This document shows, in pieces, positions 56,790 through 64,000 of a stretch of 64,000 nt of DNA. Position numbers and translations under genes: made by a program. Below the pieces are notes generated by a model. That model was not told the origin of the DNA, searched no databases, and saw nothing but the letters and a program-made list of their open reading frames with translations. The first letter of the stretch is position 1. The number at the start of each line of letters is the position of its first letter. Source of the stretch: Chloropicon primus (Eukaryota). The stretch spans positions 124,001 to 188,000 of the forward strand of contig CP060768.1 in the NCBI GenBank assembly GCA_023205875.1. The letters are read 5' to 3'.

Positions 56790-57165
56790 CCATTCGAAGA
56801 CAGTTGGGGTGATCGTTGATGACAGCCCTCAGAACAAGCGTCCACTCATCGTCCCCATCGAGACCGGAGTCGAGCTCAATATTACCGAACTTCAACAGCA
56901 CACGAAGGCAGTCGTAGCTGCAACGGTCCACGCTTTCGTGGGCGGCTTCCAACGCATACGAGACGCCAACCTTGACCATCTTCTCAAGATGGTCGGGCAT
57001 GTCAAACATTGCCAAAATGCGTAAGGACGAATCCCATCCGCCTATGTATGTGCGTGAGCGGGCATCAAATGAGGGTGAGAGAGCGAGTGCGACCCATTCC
57101 TCAAGCAACTCACGAATAACACGCCCCCTCCAGGGCTTCCAAACACCAGAAGAGGGGGGTGTCAT
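56790..57165 (-). pseudogene. Truncated ankyrin-like ORF translationally coupled (ATGA overlap) to the upstream repeat-nuclease gene
   Basis: SYDCLRVLLKFG and TLVLRAVINDHPNCLRM ankyrin-like segments. The ORF then runs into host low-complexity (cct)n sequence. Confidence 0.55.
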
Positions 57166-60100
57166 GCATCAATCATGGCAATCATGGCCTCGTGTTTCCT
57201 TTTCTTGTTCCGCAGCGAAACAAGCAGCTGGTGCGCTGCGCCCTCGTCGCTGCACGCCTTCAGCTTGGCGGCGAGCGTGCCGATCATGTTCATCAACTTC
57301 GCGTTCTCCTTGTTTAACACGGTCCGCAACTCTTTGACGGGATCCAATCCCAGGACCGACAGAGCGTCCCCGCATGCGACTACCGCGTCCACAAACCCAG
57401 GCTTCAACATGCGCGACGCGAAGGCGTTCGAACCCGCTATCAGCACGCCGCCTTTGCCGACCATCTGCTCGAGCTCTTCAAGCACGGCGTAAAGTGCCTC
57501 GGGATCGTCGAACTTCGCCGCAACGCTATTGCAAACAAAGGTCTGGAGATTCTTGATACCGAAGCGCGTCCTCAGCGTGTCGAGCACGGCGTAGAGCGCG
57601 TCGGGATCGTCGAACTTCGCCGCAACGCTGTTATTCACAAAGGTGATACCGAAGCGCGTCCTCAAAGTGTCCAGCACGGCGTAGAGCGCTGCGGGATCGT
57701 CAAACCTCGCCGCAACGCCTCCTGAAACAAAGGTTTGGAGACTCTTGATGCCAAAGCGCGTCCTCAAAGTGTCCAGCACGGCGTAGAGCGCTGCGGGATC
57801 GTCAAACCTCGCCGCAACGCTGTCTGAAACAAAGGTTTGGAGACTCTTGATGCCGAAGCGCGTCCTCAAAGTGTCGAGCACGGCGTAGAGCGCGTCGGGA
57901 TCGTCAAACCTCGCCGCAACGCCTCCTGAAACAAAGGTTTGGAGACTCTTGATGCCAAAGCGCGTCCTCAAAGTGTCCAGCACGGCGTAGAGCGCGTCGG
58001 GATCGTCAAACCTCGCCGCAACGCTGTCTGAAACAAAGGTCTGGAGACTCTTGATGCCGAAGCGCGTCCTCAAAGTGTCGAGCACGGCGTAGAGCGCTGC
58101 GGGATCGTCAAACCTCGCCGCAACGCTGTCTGAAACAAAGGTCTGGAGACTCTTGATACCGAAGCGCGTCCTCAAAGTGTCGAGCACGGCGTAGAGCGCG
58201 TCGGGATCGTCAAACTTCGCCGCAACGCCATCACAAACGAAGGTCTGGAGACTCTTGATACCGAAGCGCGTCCTCAGCGTGTCGAGCACGGCGTAGAGCG
58301 CGTCGGGATCGTCAAACTTTGCCGCAACGCCACCACAAACGAAGGTCTGGAGACTCTTGATACCGAAGCGCGTCCTCAGCGTGTCGAGCACGGCGTAGAG
58401 CGCGTCGGGATCGTCAGACCTCGCCGCAACGCCACCACAAACGAAGGTCTGGAGACTCTTGATACCGAAGCGCGTCCTCAGCGTGTCGAGCACGGCGTAG
58501 AGCGCGTCGGGATCGTCAAACCTCGCCGCAACGCCACCACAAACGAAGGTCTGGAGACTCTTGATACCGAAGCGCGTCCTCAGCGTGTCGAGCACGGCGT
58601 AGAGCGCGTCGGGATCGTCAAACTTCGCCGCAACGCCATCACAAACGAAGGTCTGGAGACTCTTGATACCGAAGCGCGTCCTCAGCGTGTCGAGCACGGC
58701 GTAGAGCGCGTCGGGATCGTCAAACTTCGCCGCAACGCCATCACAAACGAAGGTCTGGAGACTCTTGATGCCGAAGCGCGTCCTCAAAGTGTTGAGCACG
58801 GCGTAGAGCGCGTCGGGATCGTCAAACTTCGCCGCAACGCTGTCACAAACGAAGGTCTGGAGACTCTTGATGCCGAAGCGCGTCCTCAGCGTGTCGAGCA
58901 CGGCGTAGAGCGCGTCGGGATCGTCAAACTTCGCCGCAACGCCATCACAAACGAAGGTCTGGAGACTCTTGATACCGAAGCGCGTCCTCAGCGTGTCGAG
59001 CACGGCGTAGAGCGCGTCGGGATCGTCAAACTTCGCCGCAACGCCTCCTGAAACAAAGGTTTGGAGACTCTTGATGCCGAAGCGCGTCCTCAAAGTGTCG
59101 AGCACGGCGTAGAGCGCTGCGGGATCGTCAAACCTCGCCGCAACGCTGTCTGAAACAAAGGTTTGGAGACTCTTGATGCCGAAGCGCGTCCTCAAAGTGT
59201 CGAGCACGGCGTAGAGCGCTGCGGGATCGTCAAACCTCGCCGCAACGCTGTCTGAAACAAAGGTTTGGAGACTCTTGATGCCGAAGCGCGTCCTCAAAGT
59301 GTCGAGCACGGCGTAGAGCGCTGCGGGATCGTCAAACCTCGCCGCAACGCTGTCTGAAACAAAGGTTTGGAGACTCTTGATGCCGAAGCGCGTCCTCAAA
59401 GTGTCGAGCACGGCGTAGAGCGCTGCGGGATCGTCAAACCTCGCCGCAACGCTGTCTGAAACAAAGGTTTGGAGACTCTTGATGCCGAAGCGCGTCCTCA
59501 AAGTGTCGAGCACGGCGTAGAGCGCGTCGGGATCGTCAAACCTCGCCGCAACGCTGTCTGAAACAAAGGTCTGGAGACTCTTGATGCCGAAGCGCGTCTT
59601 GAGCGCCGTGAGGATGTCAAAGAGTTTCTCCGGATCGTCGAACTTTGCAGCGACGCCGCCGCAGACAAACGTGCCCAAGTTGGTTATGCCGAACTTGGGA
59701 TCTTGCAACCCTTTGATGCTTTTCTCGAAGGCTCCCGTCAGGACACGCGAAGGCACTCCGGGGGTGGCCATGAGCTTTCGCGCCAGGTCGAGATCACCAC
59801 CCACGAGCGTCGCGACGCGCTGCTCGGCGGCTTCAAACTCCTTGCTCATGCGCGCCCACACGTCCGCGGCGGCATCGTTGGCGGCGGCGTTGTCATGGTT
59901 GCTGCTCGGGCACGCCTTGGTCGCTGCAGCACCGCCTTGATGGATGCGCTGCGCGACGGCGGTCACAGCAGCTGACGCGGCAACGTTCGGTAATTGCGAC
60001 TCGGTGACGACGACGAGCACGTTGTCCCCCCACTGCGAAAGCTGCTCGAAGTGTGCGGCGCCCACGCGCAAGCGGACCACGAACGCGTCAGGGAACATTT

Positions 60101-60446
60101 CGCGGAGCTTGGTCGTCTTGCGTTGGTCGCGTCCCACGTCGGAGTCGCCGTGCGTGAAGCCCGGGTCGTACTCGAACAGCACTTCCGTGCCATTCGTGAG
60201 CTTGAAGAACGCATCGGTGTTGTGGTGGGTCTTGCCTTCCGTCAGGTGCTTCGCGAGCGAGCGCCCGGTCACGCCCTGCTCAAGCAAGCCGTTCTCAAAC
60301 AACAGCTGCGCCACATGCGCGACGTGACGTGTCTCGGCCTTGGACGCGCCGATCGGAGACGGCACGTCGTAGTCGTCGACACGGCGGCGTTTGCTCGGCG
60401 GCGCGTCCGACGCCATGACGCGCACCTCGAACGCGACCCTTTCCAT
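57162..60446 (-). CDS. TALE-like 34-aa tandem-repeat protein with N-terminal Vsr/DUF559-like endonuclease domain and NLS motifs
   Basis: Intronless 1094-aa ORF: PPSKRRRV; SKAE...TDAFF...VLFEYDPGFTHG...RDQRK...VVRLR; 22 repeats of FGIKSLQTFV[xxx]VAA(R/K)FDDP(D/A)ALYAVLDTLRTR; C-terminal KKRK. Confidence 0.85.
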   Translation of the reverse strand: MERVAFEVRVMASDAPPSKRRRVDDYDVPSPIGASKAETRHVAHVAQLLFENGLLEQGVTGRSLAKHLTEGKTHHNTDAFFKLTNGTEVLFEYDPGFTHGDSDVGRDQRKTTKLREMFPDAFVVRLRVGAAHFEQLSQWGDNVLVVVTESQLPNVAASAAVTAVAQRIHQGGAAATKACPSSNHDNAAANDAAADVWARMSKEFEAAEQRVATLVGGDLDLARKLMATPGVPSRVLTGAFEKSIKGLQDPKFGITNLGTFVCGGVAAKFDDPEKLFDILTALKTRFGIKSLQTFVSDSVAARFDDPDALYAVLDTLRTRFGIKSLQTFVSDSVAARFDDPAALYAVLDTLRTRFGIKSLQTFVSDSVAARFDDPAALYAVLDTLRTRFGIKSLQTFVSDSVAARFDDPAALYAVLDTLRTRFGIKSLQTFVSDSVAARFDDPAALYAVLDTLRTRFGIKSLQTFVSGGVAAKFDDPDALYAVLDTLRTRFGIKSLQTFVCDGVAAKFDDPDALYAVLDTLRTRFGIKSLQTFVCDSVAAKFDDPDALYAVLNTLRTRFGIKSLQTFVCDGVAAKFDDPDALYAVLDTLRTRFGIKSLQTFVCDGVAAKFDDPDALYAVLDTLRTRFGIKSLQTFVCGGVAARFDDPDALYAVLDTLRTRFGIKSLQTFVCGGVAARSDDPDALYAVLDTLRTRFGIKSLQTFVCGGVAAKFDDPDALYAVLDTLRTRFGIKSLQTFVCDGVAAKFDDPDALYAVLDTLRTRFGIKSLQTFVSDSVAARFDDPAALYAVLDTLRTRFGIKSLQTFVSDSVAARFDDPDALYAVLDTLRTRFGIKSLQTFVSGGVAARFDDPDALYAVLDTLRTRFGIKSLQTFVSDSVAARFDDPAALYAVLDTLRTRFGIKSLQTFVSGGVAARFDDPAALYAVLDTLRTRFGITFVNNSVAAKFDDPDALYAVLDTLRTRFGIKNLQTFVCNSVAAKFDDPEALYAVLEELEQMVGKGGVLIAGSNAFASRMLKPGFVDAVVACGDALSVLGLDPVKELRTVLNKENAKLMNMIGTLAAKLKACSDEGAAHQLLVSLRNKKRKHEAMIAMIDA
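57480..59693 (-). repeat. Coding tandem array of 22 x 102-bp units (one 90-bp unit)
   Basis: Period of 102 bp checked (gatcgtcaaa at 59429 and 59531); the unit near 57627 lacks KSLQ (12 bp). Confidence 0.97.
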
Positions 60447-60890
60447 ATGAATTATGAATTAATTTCCAGCTCACCTTAACATTCAATACGTAACGTCCCC
60501 GCTGTCCACGCAAAACAGAAACAACCTACTCGCGGGGGGAACCTCCTTCTTCTTCGCGACGGACGACGGAGGGAGGCAGAGGGAGGGAGGGAGGGCGGTG
60601 AAAAACGAAACCTTGTCTCTTGCTCTTTCGATTGATACCTCGGTCGACAGGTTTGGCGTCCGGAGTCGTTCGCGGGAGCTGGCCAAGGAAGATATTTTCT
60701 TAGGCTTGAGCTTGGAAGGCCTACCTCCGCTCGAGAGGGTCAGGGGCGTCGCGACTCGCGAGGCTTAAGGGCTTCCTTCAGTCGGCGGGCCACGAAGGGT
60801 TCGCTCGCTTGCCCTCTGCAGGTCCCGCGGCCACCTTGCCGGGCGCGACGGGGGACGACGACGGGTGAACCTTGGACGGAGAGAGAGAGG

Positions 60891-62060
60891 ATGGAGATGA
60901 AGGAGGTTGTTGAGGCAGGGGAAGTGCGGCTGGAGATCGCGGAGGGGGAGGGGACGAGCTCCTCGTGGGAGGCCGCGAGTGATTCGGGTTCCGATTTCGA
61001 GGTCGGTTCGGACGAGGAGGAGGCGTCGAGGCACGGGGAGGACACCTCGCCCTGCTCCGTGCTGCCCTCGACGAGCGGAGGCGGCGGTTGTCGCTCGTCG
61101 TCGGGCTGCTTCGGCACCCCGGAGATCGTGTACTGGGGGGGCGGGCAGGACGGCAAGGTGCCCGAGGACCCGGGAGAGGACGAGCCCTACTGCAGGATCT
61201 GCTTCGACGGCCCTCACGAGGACGGCCCCTTGTTCCGCGCTTGCGACTGCAAGGGGTCGGTCGCTTACGTCCACTACGAGTGCCTGTCGAGGTGGGCCGT
61301 GGACGCCCAGAGGGCGGAGTGCGAGCTGTGCCACTCCAGCTTCAGGCTCCCGGAGGGGATGAAGCCCTTCATCCCGAAGACGCCCATTCTGCACAAGGCC
61401 TGCACGATCGCCGCGGAGTCCATGTCGAGGAGCACGGCCCTCTTCAACCTCCTGCCTTCCGGCTCCGGGGCCGTTACATCCAACAGCGCCATCGTGTACC
61501 TGAGCGGCTACGGGCACCAGAGGGGCTGCACCGAGCTCGGGATCTGCCGCTTTCCCACGGCGTTCCCTCGGGGCATCCTGGGCGAGGCCATGACGCCGGA
61601 GGAGTGGAAGCGCGTGATCCGGCGCATCAACAGAGTCAGCGGGAAGATGATCAACATGGGCTGGCGCTTCGTCATCTTCATCCTGTGCCTGTTCCTGAAC
61701 ATCTGCCTGATCGTCGTGCTGTCCTTCATCGACCACGCCGCGGTCATACCGTTCATGTTCGCGGTCATCCTCATCCAGCTGCTTCCCGCGGTCCTCTTCG
61801 CGTTCATCACCAACTACCATAACGCCAGGGTCCACGCGCAGCTCACGAGGCTCTGCTCCGACCTCTCCGAGGAGTTCGCGCCCTCGGGCGTCACGTTCGG
61901 GTTCCACTGCATCACCGCGGACCTAAGGCATAGGGGAAGGCTTTGGAACCCCTACGCCGTGCACCCCGTCGGGGAGCCCAAAGTCATCAAGTTCCTCACC
62001 GTGGAGATCGGCACCGGCATCACGTTCGGATCCGCCGGGATCTCCCGCCGCGAGGGTTGA
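60891..62060 (+). CDS. RING-CH (MARCH-type) E3 ligase with TM helices
   Basis: CRICFD...LFRACDCKGSVAYVHYECLSRW...CELC; two C-terminal hydrophobic helices. Confidence 0.88.
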   Translation: MEMKEVVEAGEVRLEIAEGEGTSSSWEAASDSGSDFEVGSDEEEASRHGEDTSPCSVLPSTSGGGGCRSSSGCFGTPEIVYWGGGQDGKVPEDPGEDEPYCRICFDGPHEDGPLFRACDCKGSVAYVHYECLSRWAVDAQRAECELCHSSFRLPEGMKPFIPKTPILHKACTIAAESMSRSTALFNLLPSGSGAVTSNSAIVYLSGYGHQRGCTELGICRFPTAFPRGILGEAMTPEEWKRVIRRINRVSGKMINMGWRFVIFILCLFLNICLIVVLSFIDHAAVIPFMFAVILIQLLPAVLFAFITNYHNARVHAQLTRLCSDLSEEFAPSGVTFGFHCITADLRHRGRLWNPYAVHPVGEPKVIKFLTVEIGTGITFGSAGISRREG

Positions 62061-62871
62061 AGGGCGCGGTGATCCGAGTGCGGTTCTTTCGCGGGTTCAT
62101 CCGGCTGAGAGCTTGGGTAAACGACGACGCGAATCGATGCTGCTGATGCTGCTGATGACGAGTGAGTGAGACCAAAGCAGCATGTGCCCGATGGATGAAA
62201 AACGGCGAAAAGAAACGATCAAAAGTATAATATTTCCCCCTGTTTTTTCTTTAGCTTGTGTAGCAAGAATTATTCTGCGTGCTCGGACGATCCGAAACCC
62301 AACGCACGGGCACACGTGAGTGAGTGGAGTGAGCGAGAACAACAATCCTCCCTCGGTCTCCTCCACGGTCTCCACAAAGAGAGAGTTCGAGTTCGAGTTC
62401 GAGTTTTCGGCCTAAGACGTCCCCGCGCCGAAACCATTTCAAAACCCAAAAAAAAAAAAAAGAAAGGTTTCGTGTAGATTTCGCAAAGAGACGAGGAGGA
62501 GACGAGTGGAGCGACGGAGGGGCGAAGAAGAGGGCGAGGCCTCGAGGTTGGCCTGGCACACGAGCACACCGCAGGCGAGGGCGTACGCGGGGACGACGTC
62601 GGCCATGGTGTGAGACAAGGAAAACATGGAACGAAGCTCCTTGTCAAGAAGAACACACACGACACGACTCGCGCGACGGCGCGGGACGCGGTTTTGCTTT
62701 CTTTTTTCTTTTTGTTTTGAAAGAGAGAATCCCCTTGGCGCGGTGCGGAGGATTTAGGGTTTCGTAGTGGAGACGGTGAAAATTGGGATCGAAATTGAGT
62801 TGTCTAGATTCTTGTGGGAGTTTGTTCCATTGCGTAGGTGAGTTGCCTAGGGAGGGATCGGTGTTGAAATC

Positions 62872-64000
62872 ATGACGACGAGGACGTCTTTCCGGCCAAG
62901 GCAGGTGGACATCAACCGCCTGTTGCCTTTGGTGAGAGATCTGAGGGACTTGGATACCGGAGACAGCTTCGCTTCGAGGGGAGTGACGCACGGCCACGAG
63001 GCTCTCGATGCCGAGAACGAGAAGATCCTGACGGTGAAGCAGACGAAGAAGGCCATCGCGGAGATCCCCATACCTATCGTGAACACGGTGTCTACGTACG
63101 AGGAGGACTACAGGCCGGACTTCAACAGGTTGGGGACCTACATCCGGGCGCCCGTGCAGGCCAAGCCCGGGGAGGTGATCGAGTACGACCTGGATGACGA
63201 CGACGAGGCGTGGCTGAGGGAGTTCAACCGCCCGAGGAAGGGGGAGTGGGAGGAGTCCGAGGGGCAGGTCCACCTGGAGGAGGACAAGTTCGAGCTTATG
63301 CTGAACAAGCTGGAGTTTGCTTGCGCGGAGGCCGCGGAGCGGGCGACGACGGGGGGGAACGCCTCGTCCAGCAACATGAATAACCACACGATTTATTTGC
63401 AGAGGGAGATCGCGTTTGATGCCCTGAGGACGGCAACCGGGGCCAAGTACTCAGTCCTCTCTGCGGTGTACAACTACTGGCGCCAGAAGCGGGCAAAGTG
63501 GAACAAGCCCCTGCTCAGGAGGCTCCAGGCCCCGACCTCCGCGAGCGACACGAATCCTTACAACGTGTTCAGGCCGAGGGAGAAGGCCAACAGGCCCCAG
63601 ACGAGGAGGAGGAGGGAGAACAACCTGCAGAGCTTTGAGAAGATGAAGGAGCTCAGGGTGAACATGGAGATGGCGAAGGAGCTCCTGGAGTGGGCGATGA
63701 AGAGGGAGAGGAGGAAGAGGGACTTCGTGTGCTGCCAGTGCGACTTGCAGAAGCTGAAGATAAAGCTGCACCACGATCCGAAGAGCATGCAGGAGGCCAT
63801 CGACTCGGAGGCGCTGTCGGCGGCAAAGTCGAGGTCGAGGAAGTACGCGGAGCAGGAGGCCAAGGCCAAGGAGGTGGAGCACGCTTCGCTGGCGAACTCC
63901 ATCCCCGGGATTTTCCCGCACAAGCCTCTCCTCGAGTCGTTCAGGAGCGAGGAGAAGGTCAGGAAGAAGAAGCGGAGGGACGGCGACCCGAGGAGCAAGC
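62872..64000 (+). CDS. Enhancer of polycomb-like (EPL1/EPC, NuA4 subunit), 3'-truncated by window end
   Basis: MTTRTSFRPRQVDINRLLP, EIPIP...YEEDY, EYDLDDDDEAWL, VYNYWRQKR...PLLRRLQAP...NPYNVFRPREK. Confidence 0.88.
   Translation, partial: MTTRTSFRPRQVDINRLLPLVRDLRDLDTGDSFASRGVTHGHEALDAENEKILTVKQTKKAIAEIPIPIVNTVSTYEEDYRPDFNRLGTYIRAPVQAKPGEVIEYDLDDDDEAWLREFNRPRKGEWEESEGQVHLEEDKFELMLNKLEFACAEAAERATTGGNASSSNMNNHTIYLQREIAFDALRTATGAKYSVLSAVYNYWRQKRAKWNKPLLRRLQAPTSASDTNPYNVFRPREKANRPQTRRRRENNLQSFEKMKELRVNMEMAKELLEWAMKRERRKRDFVCCQCDLQKLKIKLHHDPKSMQEAIDSEALSAAKSRSRKYAEQEAKAKEVEHASLANSIPGIFPHKPLLESFRSEEKVRKKKRRDGDPRSK

Noticed and set aside
57480..59693. CRISPR array interpretation of the 102-bp repeats
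   Set aside because: Units are contiguous, in-frame coding repeats with no unique spacers, and there are no cas genes.
60571..60600. Polypyrimidine tracts flanking the repeat-nuclease gene (minus strand ccgccctccctccctccctctgc; also 56760-56790) as its predicted target
   Set aside because: Only about 14/22 match to the TALE-code guess, and CT-rich tracts are ubiquitous here, so the match is not significant.
56720..60600. Terminal inverted repeats, target-site duplication or transposase around the insert
   Set aside because: None could be identified by eye, so it was not annotated as a defined mobile element.

Overview
Gene-dense, GC-rich eukaryotic DNA with short GT-AG introns and microsatellite-rich intergenic spacers. 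The gene set (AP2, RWP-RK, PsbP-domain, ELIP-type helices, DYAD/AM1-like, PF16) points to a compact green-algal nuclear genome, possibly Chloropicon/prasinophyte-like (inference). About 38 mostly ordinary protein-coding genes are recognisable, plus several tandem repeats and a prolyl-4-hydroxylase tandem cluster. The outstanding feature is an intronless 1094-aa ORF (57162-60446, minus). It combines an N-terminal NLS, a Vsr/DUF559/EDxHD-like endonuclease domain, 22 near-identical 34-aa (102-bp) repeats whose variation is concentrated in one three-residue loop (S/C/N-D/G/N-S/G), and a C-terminal basic NLS-like patch. This architecture resembles a natural TALEN-like, repeat-programmed nuclease. 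It is coupled by an ATGA overlap to a truncated ankyrin-like ORF and looks like a foreign (viral or mobile) insert. All family calls come from motif recognition by eye; no database searches were run.
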